From contig NW_024704752.1 of the NCBI RefSeq assembly GCF_018977255.1, positions 10,850,001 to 10,914,000 of the forward strand: 64,000 nucleotides of DNA, given 5' to 3'. Positions 51,126-63,806 of this stretch are shown in pieces. The position numbers and the translations under genes were made by a program. This DNA is from Callorhinchus milii. Taxonomy: Eukaryota. The stretch's first letter is position 1. Each line of letters opens with the position of its first letter. The notes below the pieces were generated by a model, which worked only from the letters and a program-made list of their open reading frames with translations, had not been told where the DNA came from and ran no database searches.

Positions 51126-51447
51126 CAATAATAATAATAATCCTCGCATTTGATATAGCGCTTTTCACGTCGTGGAGGACATCCCAAAGCGCTTCACAGA
51201 ACACACTGTAAAGTGAATTGACTGTATATTTGTGGGCGAACGCGGCAGCCAATTGCACACAGCAATGTCCCACAAACAGTCGTGGATTGAAAATGACCAA
51301 TTTATTATTGTTTTTGGTTTTGGAGGGATTATTATTAGGCTCTGTGTGGAGTAAGGTAACTTGCCCAAGGTTTCGCTCTCTGCCTGGAATTGAACTCAGG
51401 TCTCTCACTTGCAAAGCGAGTGCTCTAACCACTGAGCCACAGGACTC
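51126..51447 (-). mobile_element. tRNA-derived SINE, young short subfamily
   Basis: Full length, near-identical to the 28533 copy. Confidence 0.92.
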
Positions 51448-51489
51448 CGCGAGTTCTTTGCTTTGAAGGAGAGCAACACAATACAGTCA

Positions 51490-52450
51490 TAACCGCAACA
51501 ACAACATTGTATTTATCCCAAGGACGTCCCAAGGCGCTGGACAGACAGAGTTAGGGACCCGAGCCGGGGGTCGGGGTGAGGGAGGGCAGGGCGGGGTGGG
51601 GGTGGGGGGGAAACAGGGAGATCGAAAGCACGGTCGAAGAGGAGGGTCTTGAGACGGGTCTTGGAGGTGGCGAGGGGGGGGGGTGGGGGGGCGAGGCGGA
51701 GGGACTGCGGGATGGAGTTCCGGAGGGTGGGGGCAGAGTGGCGGACGTGGCGGAAGCCGATAGTGGGGCGAGCGAGGCAGGTGACGTGAAGCAGGACGGA
51801 GCCCTCTGAGCGGAGGGAGCGAACAGGGTGGTGGGGTGGGGGGGGGTTAGGAGGTCGGAGAGGTAGGGGGGAGCAAGACCGTGGAGGGCTTTGAATGTGA
51901 GGACCAGGGTCTTGAACAGTATCCTCTGTGTGATGGGAAGTCAGTGGAGTTGGGCAAGGATGGGGGTGATGATAATAATAATAATAATAATAATAATCCT
52001 TGCATTTGATATAGCGCTTTTCACGTCGGGAGGACGTCCCAAAGCGCTTCACAGAACACACTGTAAAGTGAATTGACTGTATATTTGTGGGCGAACGCGG
52101 CAGCCAATTGCGCACAGCAATGTCCCGCAAACAGTCATAGATTGAAAATGACCAATTTATTATTGTTTTGGGTTATGGAGGGATTATTATTAGGCTCTGT
52201 GTGGAGTAAGGAAACTTGCCCAAGGTTTCGCCCTCTGCCTGGAATTGAACTCAGGTCTCTCACTTGCAAAGCGAGTGCTCTAACCACTGAGCTGCAGCAC
52301 TCCACGATAGGGTCACGGAGCCTGGTGCGGGAGAGCACACGGGCTGCAGAGTTCTGGATGATCTGCATCGTGTGGAGGGAGGGGTTGGGGAGGCCGACAC
52401 GCAGTGAGTTTTCATAGTCGAGCTTTGATGTAATGAAAGCACGTATGAGG
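51490..52450 (-). mobile_element. L2 fragment interrupted by a nested SINE
   Basis: L2 pieces at 52296-52450 ([24 protein letters not shown]) and 51490-51970 join seamlessly when compared with the 39030-39545 copy. Confidence 0.85.
51972..52296 (-). mobile_element. tRNA-derived SINE, young short subfamily, nested in L2
   Basis: Long (ATT)n tail; near-identical to the 28533 and 51126 copies. Confidence 0.92.
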
Positions 52451-52879
52451 GTTTTAATTATAATAACTATCATTATAATAATGATAATGGTTCCTGCATT
52501 AAACTCGTAATTCATAATTATACCCACAAAATACAGTCACTACACTTTGCAGTGTGAAGCGCTTTGAGATGTCTCAACGATGTGATAAGCCGCTATATCA
52601 AATGCAAGGATTATTATTATTATAACGCCTTTCATGTCAGGAGGATGTCTATCTCCAAACTCCCCACAGGTTTGTCACTGTGTGTTTTATAGGCAAACGG
52701 GCAGCCCAATTGCACACAGCATATAATAATAAAAATAATACTTGCATTTGATATAGTGCTTTTCACGTCTTCTAGACATCTCAAAGCGCTTCATAGAATA
52801 TACTGTAAAGTGAATTGACTGTATATTTGTGGGCAACTATACTGCTCCACAAACAGCCATGAAACAAATAGCCAATTTT

Positions 52880-53150
52880 ATTGGGGGGTTGGGTTAGACA
52901 GTTGTTGGCCAGAACTCAGAGAGAAATATCTTCAGGTTGTGCTATGGGATTTATCTTTAGCGTCCAGCTGAACAGGCAGACAGGATCTCAGTTGAACATC
53001 TCATCTGAAGGACGGCACCTCCAACGATGCAGCACACCCCAGAACTGTTTGAAGCATCAGCTTCAACTATGTGAGTTGAAGTCCTCCCGACATGAGACGT
53101 GAACTCACAACTTTCTGACTCTAGAGGCCAGAGTACTGCCAGCTGAGCCA
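52880..53150 (-). mobile_element. DeuSINE (SacSINE1-like) fragment
   Basis: Minus strand GGCTCAGCTGGCAGTACTCTGGCCTCTAGAGTCAGAAAGTTGTGAGTTCA..GGAGGTGCCGTCCTTCAGATGAGATGTTCAAC. Confidence 0.7.
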
Positions 53151-53439
53151 GGATGACCCACAAGATGCACTGAAACTGGGGCCGCTTCGCTGGTCGGGAC
53201 CAGGAGAAAAGAGAATAACACTTAAAATAACACTGCTGCAAACCTAGTGGAAAGCACTGGGAGAAAATGCCATCTCTCTTCAAGGTGTGCCAATGGATCT
53301 TTATCTTTAACGACCAGCACACAGCTGTAGGAGCAAAAGGAGATTTGTTGCTGGCGTTCGGGTTCTTACCAGAAGATGGCACCGGTATGCACTACGGAAA
53401 GCAACAGTGTGTATGCAATACAATAGTGACACCTTAAAA

Positions 53440-53735
53440 CAACACATTATATTTGAATAGCGCCTTTCACGTCAGGAGGATGTGCCAAGGGGCTGGCCAG
53501 TCAGGGATTTGGACCGAAGCAGGGGGTTTGGATCAGGAGGGGTGGAGGGCAGGGACGGTAGGCGAAGGCGTGGTTGAAGAGGAGGATCTTGAGCCATGCC
53601 TTGAAGGAGGCAAGGGAGGGAGCAAGGCGAAGGGATTGTGGGATGGAGTTCCAAAGGATGGTGGCAGAGAGGCTAAAGGACCTACCGCCGATGTTGGGGT
53701 GAGCCAGGCTGGGGGAACATGGAACAGGCTGCTGA
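53440..53735 (-). mobile_element. L2 3' fragment
   Basis: [32 protein letters not shown]. Confidence 0.85.
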
Positions 53736-54314
53736 GCGAAGCGAGGGGACAGATTGATATGGCGGTAAATGCAGTACAACACAGAACATGAGAAATGTTC
53801 CAAATATTATTTATTCAGATCGCTCACAAAACACTACAGTAATTAAACAAATTAGCAGATAGACCAAAAGAGATATCCCCAATTAAATCCCCAATTAAAC
53901 CATAATAGATATCCCCAATTAAAGAAGACATGCTGCCTGTCCTATAGATTTGTCTTCCTAAGATCTTCTGACTGGCTTCTCTAAATCCACAGTCCTCCCA
54001 GCCTAGTGATATCCGAAAATTTAACTGACTCGGACTGAGTCCAGAAATACACCTCATGCCTCGACAGTATAACATGCACTGGAGATGATTTTAGTAAAGC
54101 CTCGTGAAGCACCCCATTAAATACATCCTTTTTTGACTAAGCTTCCCTTTAGCCATTTATTGATCTGTTTTCATGATATATCCTTGATACTCAGTGAGAT
54201 CATTTTGTAAAGGAGTTGCGCATACTGAATTTTGTCAAACGCCGTTTGGAAGTCTAGACGCACAAGATCATATAGCATCTTCATGCAGTCAATTGAGATG
54301 ATCCAGGAGATTGG

Positions 54315-57300
54315 TCAGACAAGGTCACCCTCCTCAGAAGGTGGGCTGGCTTTTGCATTCAGAGCAGTTAGGGACAGAGATGTGCCAGGATGCGCGCAGA
54401 ATGCTGGGTAGAGGGGCTCAGTGAATGTTTGGTGGAAAGTATGTATCAGGATTAATTTCCTACCAGATACATTGTAAAAGGAGATTATTCCGCCTTCAAA
54501 GTCCACGTACACACCCACTTTAGTGAGTCTATCTGCTGTTAGCTTTGTCTTAACATTATTGTGCAGAGCCTCAATTGAGTCGCCCCAGGTGTCCAGCCAC
54601 GACTCAAGACACCAGGATTTTATGTTCAGTCCCAATGCACATTCATCGCCCTCTCCTTTCCTCTTCATGGTCCCGTAGCAAACTCCAATCTTCCATCCGG
54701 CCCCATCTTTTCTAACCGTCACCTCCCAGTAAGAGGGGCGATAGCTCACTGCCTCGATGCCGAGAACCTGCCACCACTCATCAAATCGCTGGGGATTGTC
54801 TGGATATTGCTTAGTCTGACCAGATGATGACACTGTCCTACGACTATCTGTCAGAATAAGACCACAATGTGCTGTGTTTGGATCCAGTGTCGGTGTCTGC
54901 CCATCTATGAGTAAAATGAGACAACGGATTGAGACATTGCCACTCAAATTTCATTTTTTTTCCTGATTCTTTGTATCTCCCAGAAAAAGCCAGAACTTGT
55001 GCTGTACTTTCAAACAAGAATAAGTGACCTTATAAAATATAGTCTTGGTCTGTTTCTTGACATCAGTGGACAAAGCACTCTGGGATGCTACCCCACATGA
55101 GGGACGCTATATAAATGCAAGTTGTTGTTGTTGTTGACAGTAGTATAAAGAACCAGAAAAAGAAATAAAACATTCTCAGAAGTGCAGTCCAGTTGGTATT
55201 GGTGAAGCAATTGGTGAGAATGAGTGTGAACTGGTATTATTGCTTTCAGTCCTGTGGTAAGTCATTTTCCTTAACTTCTTACAATTATTTATTTAGTTGC
55301 TTGATAACTGCAGACTTACTAGGGTTTATTAATTCAGGTTCTAACCAAGAATCACAGTAACACTTTCCTTATTTTTTGGAGGAGAAACCCAATGATTTAT
55401 AATTTTGTTTCAACTTTTCCCCCTGACTTCATTACTGCACGATCTGACCATGGTTTAGCTCTCTTTCTGGTTCGGTACACTACTGTATTATCCAGAAACA
55501 GGCTATATTTCAAAAGAAAACATATTTACTGTAAGTAGACAGTACAGACTCGCTGTAAAATATGAACATCTTAAAATTCCGAATGGAACTCTTATTGACT
55601 AAGAATTCAATGTTGCAAACCCTGAACAGAAATATTTTCCTGAACAATATACAGGACTCATGTCTGTTACAAGTACAAGTGATTACTTTATTTCTGAAAT
55701 GCGCAGTGCTGCATGATCGTGTTATCTTACATTTCTGGGACACTTACAGAGTCTGATCATCACCTCTCTGTTCCTCTGCTTTTTGGTTGGCTCGATTTTC
55801 CATTTCCTCACGTCTTCCAACTGTATTTTATCCAAACTGGAAAGAAAGGATTAGTGGCCATTTTTCAATCTATATAATGTTAATGACAGTAACATACATA
55901 CCCTCACTCAAATACAGACTGGGTGAAGGTCGTCCACATACTTGATCGCCTTCAAAGCACTCAATGGCCTTGCTCCTCCCTACCTCTGTCACCTGCTAAC
56001 TCCACATCGACCTGTCTGCTCCCTCCGCTCAGCGGACTCCAGCGCGCTTCACATCCCCCGCAAGGCCCGCCCCACCATTAGCACTCAGGCCTTCAGCCTC
56101 TTTGTCCCCACCCATTGGAACTCCAACCCACAGTCCCTTCCCCTTGTTACACTCCCATTGCCTCCTTCAAGGCATGTCTGAAGACCCTCCTCTTTGACCA
56201 CGCTTTCGGTCACCCTCCTACGCCTACTCTCCCTGCCCTCCACCACTCCTGATCCCAACCCCCTGCTCGCGTTCAAATCCCTGACTGTCCAGCGCCTTGG
56301 GATATCTTCCCGACGTGAAAGGCGCTATACAAATGTAATTTGTTGTTGCTGTTGTTGCTGATCAGAAGATCACAAGGTTGGTTTGGATGAAGACGGTTCT
56401 TCGGCCCATCTGATCTCATCCCTCCAAAACACCCATCCTACCATCCTCCCATTACACCATCAAGCTGCTTTTTAAATGAGTCCAGTGTCCTGGCCTCAAC
56501 TCTTCCTGGCAATCTATTCCAGTTCCTTAATTACCCTCAAGAAGAGTCCCACGGTCATGCATCCCTGGAATTGTGTCCATTCTCACGTTGCACAACAACT
56601 ATCTTCTCTTAAACAAATGTTCACACAAATATAATTTTAGCTGATTTTCACTTACATGACTGTGATTGAATTAAATCCCTGCAATAAAATAAAGAGAAAA
56701 AAAATTAGTGTAAAATAGAATGTGCAGAATTTGTACAGGATATCGAAAGTTAGAGAAAATACTTTCAAACACTATAACATTAGGGGGAGTTTCAGTAACC
56801 CTGTATATTAGTGGAAGTGGCTTTCATCTCTGTCCAGATTTTTCTCAAACTCTTGCGATGATTGTTGAAGTTGACCTTCTAGATCGGTATTGTCCAATAG
56901 AAATCACTGACGAGCCACAAGGTGTGGCTATGGTGACACAATTTTAGCCACATGCATTAATTTTCGTAGAAAATACCTTACATACACTTACACAATACAA
57001 GTAAATGTACTTCACATGTTTATTTACTGAACAAACCTGCACTTGGCAAACGACTATCACCATTCAGTGCGAAACACCATTTTAGCAGATAACCAATAAG
57101 CAGTAGCCAATGTCATTGCTTAATAATCACTACGAACAAAGAGAATTTGCAAATTCTTTTCAAAGCTTTTCGTCTTAACATTTTACCAACAATCTTACAA
57201 AAAGATCAAAGTACACATGCATCTGCCGTGGGAATATGAGTATTGTGATCACATGCCTAACGACAGTGTCCATTTATCGATTTTTATTCACTAATCAAAA

Positions 57301-59238
57301 ATAAAATGTCCTCACATCTGGGTTCCCAATTTGCCGCATGTGGCTAGTGGTTAATCTATTGGGCTACTATAGGCAGACCCGTCGCAAGTATGTGTTGAAT
57401 TCAAAGGATGCAATTTACTTTTTTTATATTCTTGATTTTTGTGCACTCTAAATATTATCAGTACATAAATAAATGCTGACAATGTAATTATATTTAATTC
57501 ATCCACCTAAATTATTCACATGCTCATGTAGAAATCCCAACCTACCTGTATGAAGAGGAGATCTTCTTTCTCTTTTGAAATGTTATTGAGAGTGGTCAGA
57601 GATTTCTCTGTCTCTTTCACTGTATTCCGCAGCTTGTAGATCCTGTCATCAATCTCACCTATTGCACGGTGCTTCTCCTTGTCCAACTGATGAAAAGCTT
57701 CTTTCTCTTCATTTCTAATCTGCTGCCTCAGAGCATCATATTTATCCTGAATTTTCCATTTCCTTTCCTTCAACACATCCTTCAGTGAGAAAGTGACAAT
57801 CATTACAGGATGCAGATCACATCACACCTTTTCCATGATAATGTATATTTCCAATCAAAGCAACTGTGAAGAGAAGACTCGTAGCAAATAGAGAATAAAA
57901 AGTATGGAAAGTATGGGAAATGGGTGGTTCAGTGGATTCAGTGGATCATTTTTCTAGGGTAATAATTCCTTCAAAAATAATAAAAAATAATAATAAATTG
58001 GTCACTTCAATCCACGATCTCAAGCTCCTTGAGATGCTCGAAGACGTGATAAGGCAATGTATCAAATGCAAGGATTATTATTATTAGACATTCTTTCATC
58101 TCTGAAGTCTGAGTTTAAATCCATCCCAGGTAAAGTAGATGGATTTACTTGGTAGATAGAATGAGTTAGGTCAGTGTCAGCTCAGGTCTTAATGAGTGTG
58201 AGTCCACAGGGCAAAACCCCCAAAATTTCATGAAGGCCTCTGCTTTACCCCACCTTTTCTGAAGATGATCATCATCATGAGCTGCGTGTTTTCTATGTGC
58301 CCATGTGACTCCTATTTAACACAACCTTCCTCCCCTTCTTCAAACATCCAACCTAATGACTCACTTACCAATGTGGTCTGTGTGTGCAATTCCTTATTGA
58401 TTTATAACCATGAAAGCCCATTTTGAATCTAGCAGCTTCTACAGACGTCAAACTCACCAATGTAATGTACTTTTCTTTCTGAAGATCTTTCATTGTTGCT
58501 CGTAATGCTTTAGCATTGACCCCGATCTTCTCTCGATGATTTTCCAAGTGATTCTAATTGGAAACATCAGAATACTGGTTATTTCGTATTATTGTGCATT
58601 ACAGTGAGTTTAAGCATTGATAAGTAAATACAGCAGTTAAATACAGCAATCCATCTTCAATGACACATACATACCCTTAGTTCGTCTGCTGCTTCCCCGA
58701 TGCTCATTAAGTAGTGGCCCCTATGATTTCCTATCAAAGCACAAAGACTGCAGACAAGAACCTCGTCCTCCTGACAATAAATCTCCAGCAGCTTCTCATG
58801 CTCTGTGCATTTCCTTACAGCCAGATTCTCAGTGGGATCTACTAGAGGATGGCTTTTAAGCATTGGATTTTCTCGATGCAGTCTGATATGTATGGAGCAC
58901 ATCGATACTTCACATTTAAGACAGGTTTTAACAGCAGGAAAGGGCTTCTTGGTACAGTAGGTACAGGGAACAAAGTTACGAGACAAATCCAAGTTTGCGT
59001 ATTTCTGAACTATGTTTGCCAGTTGGAAATTCATCTCCAGATCAGCCCCTAATCTGAAGGTTGCTTGACATAATGGACAAGAAGACGTGCTGGAACCCTG
59101 TTCCTGGCATAAATCTTCAATACAACTTCGACAGAAGCTGTGCTTACAGTTGAGTATCACAGGATTTGTGTAAATCTCCAGGCAAATGGAACAGGTCAGA
59201 TCGTCCTCTAAATCGTCCTGGTGTCTGGCTGCAGCCAT
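54315..59238 (-). CDS. TRIM E3 ligase with RING, B-box1, B-box2, coiled-coil and PRY/SPRY (B30.2) domains (TRIM25/TRIM16/finTRIM-like), 531 aa
   Basis: Exons (minus) 59238-58675, 58553-58458, 57779-57546, 56678-56656, 55836-55748, 54904-54315; total 1596 nt, including the 96/234/23-nt exons typical of class IV TRIMs. Motifs: CSICLEIY..CKHSFCRSC..CPLC, CTYC..AVKTCLKC..C..H, CTEHEKLLEIYC..CSLC..H.GH, LDPNTAH, YWEV, VGVYVDFEGG.ISFY, FTEPLYPAF. Confidence 0.93.
55940..56360 (+). mobile_element. L2 3' fragment
   Basis: IAFKALNGLAPPYLCHLL..LRSAD..AFSLFVPTHWNS plus tail. Confidence 0.88.
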
Positions 59239-59665
59239 GATCCAACCGAGTAGGAATAAAGTTGAAGCTAACCTGTACAGTATTGTGTAAGAGGGTGTGT
59301 CAATTCCATAAAATGTTCAAAGTCCACTTGAAATTTGTATTTACATTTGACTTTCATAGGAACAGTTTCGAGTTTATAGAGATTACACATGCACTAAACA
59401 TGCAGGTGATTTAGAAATCACAGAGTTACATTGAGACTGCACTCATCTTATGGTCTTTACATAGAAACCTAACAAACCCAGCATACAGTACTGGTCATTC
59501 AACCAATTATACTAGTATCGGTGTTTGCTCCTTCAATTAAGTCAATTTTCTAATCCTAATTCTCTGCCCTTTCACCTATTCTTTTACAACCTTCCTCTGC
59601 ATTCACCATTCATCCTCTTAAACCCTATCGTTACTGTGAACACTTCTGCCATATTCTGCCAAGTT

Positions 59666-59990
59666 GGAGTCCGGTAGCTCAGTGGTTAGAGCACTTGCCT
59701 CGCAAATGAGAGACCAGGGTTTGATTCCCAGCAGGGCGATAGCTTGGTCAAGTTTCGTTACTCCACACGCTTGATAATGATCTCTCAAGAAAAAAAAAGA
59801 AACAATAATAATTTGGCCACTCAATCCAGGACTGTTTGTGGGACACTGCTGTGCGCAATTGGCGGCTGCGTTTCGCCCACAAAAATGCAGTCAATTCACT
59901 TTATAGTATATTCTGTGCAGTGCTTTGAGACGTCTCGAAGACATGAAAAGTGCTATATCAAATGCAAGGATTATTATTTATTATTATTGT
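59666..59990 (+). mobile_element. tRNA-derived SINE, short form
   Basis: GGAGTCCGGTAGCTCAGTGGTTAGAGC.. through (ATT)n tail. Confidence 0.9.
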
Positions 59991-60444
59991 TTTATATTAC
60001 TCTTCACCTTCTCTGCATTCAGTTCGAATCTGTCCAGCCTTTATCTATAAATTACCCTCTGCAGAATTGTAACATAAAGAAAGGCAGATATTAAAAGAGA
60101 AACGCAAACTTTGAAAGCGATAAAAACAACGACTCCCATGCTGTTCACTCGCTCCCTATCTGGGTGTGTCTCTATGCTAGTTAATCATTTTCTCTGGGAC
60201 TGTGATAAAATTATTACAATACCCTTGTGTGAAAAATAAGTTTGGGTCTAATTGGCGAAATTTATAAACAGACTTTGTAAATACTGTAGGGAATTCTGAA
60301 GTTACCATGTAGTGCCCACTAATGCTACCCAGCTGAGAGCAGCACAGTCAGCACACATCAGGGATCAAAGGAACCTTCCCGATCTGCATATCTCAGAACA
60401 CACCAGGCGTTCACCCTGGTGTGGAAGGGGGAAGTGCATCTTAA

Positions 60445-60806
60445 TATTAATGATCCTTTCATTTGATGTTGGGCCTTATCACGTCTTCGACACGTCTCAA
60501 AGAGCTTCACAGAATATAATGTAAAGTGAATTGACTGTGTATTTTGTGGGTGAAACCCGGCAGCCATTTGCGCACGGCAGTGTCCCACAAACAGTCGTGG
60601 ATTGAGTGAAGAATTTTGTTTTGTTTTGAAGGAATTATTAATCCCGGAAAAGTGATTCGCCAATCGACTAACAACCGGGTTCCTACTTACTGCTAGGTAA
60701 ACAGAGGCATGTGGACGAAGGATACTTGCCCAACGTTTCACCCTGCTGGAAATCAAACCCAGGTCTGTCACTTGCGAGTGATCTAACTTCTGAGCTACAG
60801 GACTCC
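60445..60806 (-). mobile_element. tRNA-derived SINE, long form
   Basis: Full match including the internal segment. Confidence 0.88.
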
Positions 60807-62114
60807 ACCAGAAAATCTTCTATTTTAATTCTCCCTTTTCACAGTATTTGATTCCAATGAGTGACACAGTTAATAAAATTACCTCAGTCAGGCTTTACTT
60901 CCCTGATATTGTTTTACAATTTGTTCTTCAGAATGTGCCTTGATATTTACCACAGCAAGGCAATAACATAATGAACTTATCCTCAAAACTAAATCATGTT
61001 CTATATGAACTACCTCTCCACACAAAAGCCCATTTGACTCTGTTGAATGCTTTTTTGTATGCTGGACAGAATGAGTTATAAACAAGCTGTATGGTGTTGG
61101 AAAGTTCTCAACACTGTGAGTTGAGTTAGCCCACAATCACACTGTGCTGGTTTATGACAGAACAATTCTTTACTGAGCCCAGAGAGAACTTTTTCTAGGA
61201 CTTTGCAGTTGCAGTACTGTTGAAAAGGTGGAAGTTGTTAACTGTTCCTTTGGCACATTGGCAACATTGCTGTACTTCTAATCATTGGGCGAATGGCATT
61301 CTGTATTACGTTTTGTACGCTAGACCTGTTGTATGAAATGTGCAACCCTGGAATATAATAATAATAATAATTCTTGCATTTGATATAGTGCCTTATCACA
61401 GAATTAAGATGTCTGAAAGCGCTTCACAGAATATATTGTAAAGTGGATTTGACTGTATATTTTGTGGTCAAAACACGGTGACCAATTGCACACAGCAGTG
61501 TTCCACAAAATGCTATAAATGGGTGGAGTCGTGGATTGAGTGACCAAATATGTCAGAGACCAGAGAAGAACCCATAAAAAGTGAATGAACCACTCAGGTG
61601 TAAGCTGCACAAAGACTTAAAAGGCATAACTTCCAATGTACTAGAAGGATATACATTGGTGGCCATTACTCACTCCTGATGTTTCTTCAGTTAGCTTAGT
61701 AGTTTCTGTGCCACTCATCCAAGGAATTATTGGCGCTACCAGAGATGTAACATACCCATTGCTCATTACCATACACATTTTATCCTTTAAAATCCAATAA
61801 ACATTATCCATGAAAAACTCAGACCCTGTTGCACTTTTAAACAATCTGAAGTTTATTTACAATGCAGCTATATGTATAAATTAATCCATTCAGCAGCTTT
61901 AAAGTAAATTAAATATTCACGCAGAGTGAGCAGCTTAATTGACCAACTATAACCCAACAACTGTCACTTGTTAAATTTATATATAAATGAAAAAAAGTCT
62001 TTGGCAAATCTTTTCTCATTTGCATTGCAAACACATGACACATTACTTCAGTCCATATCAAGGCCCAACATTGAATCACTTGCTTGAGACCTCATTCTGA
62101 TGGAAACAGTGCTC

Positions 62115-62465
62115 AGCTTGACCTGCTAACTCTATATCCAGCAGTCCGCTCCCTCCACGCAGGAGGCTCTGGCCTGCTCCACGTGCCTCGCCTGGCCCAT
62201 CCCACCATTGGTGGTCGGGCCTTCAGCCTCTCTGCCCTCTTTCTTTGGAACTCCATTCCACAGTACCTACGCCTTGCTCCCTCACAGGCCTCCTTCAAGG
62301 CATGTTTCAAGACCCTCCTTATTGACTGCGCTATCGGTCACCCTCCTACCCCTACCCTCCCTGCCCTCCACTCCTCCTGATCCCAACCGACTGCTCGTGT
62401 CCAGGTCCCTGACTGTTCAGTGTCTTGGGACATCCACGACACTATACAAATGTAATTTGTTGTTT
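62115..62465 (+). mobile_element. L2 3' fragment
   Basis: [35 protein letters not shown]. Confidence 0.85.
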
Positions 62466-62713
62466 TTGTAAGCTGTCAGAATACACACAAAAAGTTTGCC
62501 AAACACTTTTTTTTCTGATATTCCCTTTAAATAACTCAACACCAGGCAAATAAATACACAAATCAATGAGAGCTAAAAGCAAATCAGGTTAGGATTTCTT
62601 GCATTCATTCTCAAACATTATTTTGTTGTGCAGCAGTTAGTCCAGAGTTTGCCTTTAGTTTCACAACTTCCACAATAACGAGTGTCTAAATTGTCATATT
62701 GGTGGTATGGACT

Positions 62714-63806
62714 TTAGTGAGGCTCAGTGAGGATCAGGTCGGAGAATCTCTTCTTCAATCCTTTTGAGATCAGAGCACACTGAACCACGGCACCTGAGCA
62801 ATCAGTTTCTGATCTGATTCTAGTTGTCCTGTAGGATAATAAACCAAAAATCAACTTAGCTGGACATTAAACAAATCACAGATGTTTCTCACACAAAATG
62901 GATGGAGCTGGAGAGTGGGATTCATAACAAAGGGTGATATTTCAGGTAGCTATGGCACAAGGCACAATGGGCCAAATGACCTGCTTCTGTATTGGATATG
63001 AATATGAGTGGATCTGAATGTGAGTATGGATAGGGCTGAGTTCATGTGCATGTATGTATGTAGGAATAGGCAAGCATAAATGTACGTGTGTCTGTGAGAA
63101 TATCTGAGTATGAGACAGGACAACTACGCTCAAGGCTGAGTATGCATATTAGTTTGTCTGTGTGAGTGTCTGTAAGTGCATTTGAATGTGTGGGCGTGCA
63201 GACAACTGCAATGCTGTGTCACTGACAACCGCTTCTAACTTGTATGTCCTTGTGCAATCGTAATTCTTGAAAATATGTTCTGTGATTTAATATTATTTGG
63301 GAAAATCAATACGTTCAAGTTGGATATTCAGCCCCACTCCACCCGCATTCACAAACACACTTTGACAAATACATTCTGACATGTAGGCAATAATAATATG
63401 CAATAATCCTTACATTTGATACAGCGCCTTATCGTGTTGTTGAGACATTTCAGAACACTTCACAGAATATACTGTAAAGTGAATTGACTGCATATTCTGT
63501 GGGCAAAAAGCGGCAGACAATTGCGCGCAGCAGCGCCTTTGATTGAGTGACCAAATTATTATTATAGGCTATCGTAAAGCGCTTCACAGGTTCCAAGGAA
63601 ATTACCGTAAAGTGAAGCAACTGCATTTTATAGACAAATGAAGGACAGACACACTGAGACACAGGAATAAATGAACTCTCAGGCACTTACGCTTCTCCTC
63701 TGGGTTCTGTTTTCTTCCAAAAAGGCCCCGACTTTTCCAGTTCTTCAGGAACTGTGGCCATTTGAGCTTCGGCCTTACCCACGCTGATCTGCCTCTTCTG
63801 GAGGAC
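62714..63806 (-). CDS. Probable last two exons of an unidentified gene entering from the right edge
   Basis: Exon 63806-63691 (TTTTCCTGTGCAG| ... |GTAAGT) and an exon starting at 62828 (TTATCCTACAG|). Two frames are open across the junction: ..[27 protein letters not shown] (stop 62770) or ..[42 protein letters not shown] (stop 62714). Confidence 0.45.

Noticed and set aside
50487-51153. Poly-Pro/poly-Gly ORFs and MAEPEHNRK.. (ATG 50660) as the SCLY N-terminus
   Set aside because: Low-complexity artefacts. An in-frame stop upstream of ATG 49259 within the same exon argues against an upstream coding exon.
56906-56935. Second hammerhead candidate CTGACGA-GCCACA-agg-TGTGGC
   Set aside because: Good hairpin but followed by TATG instead of the essential GAAA.
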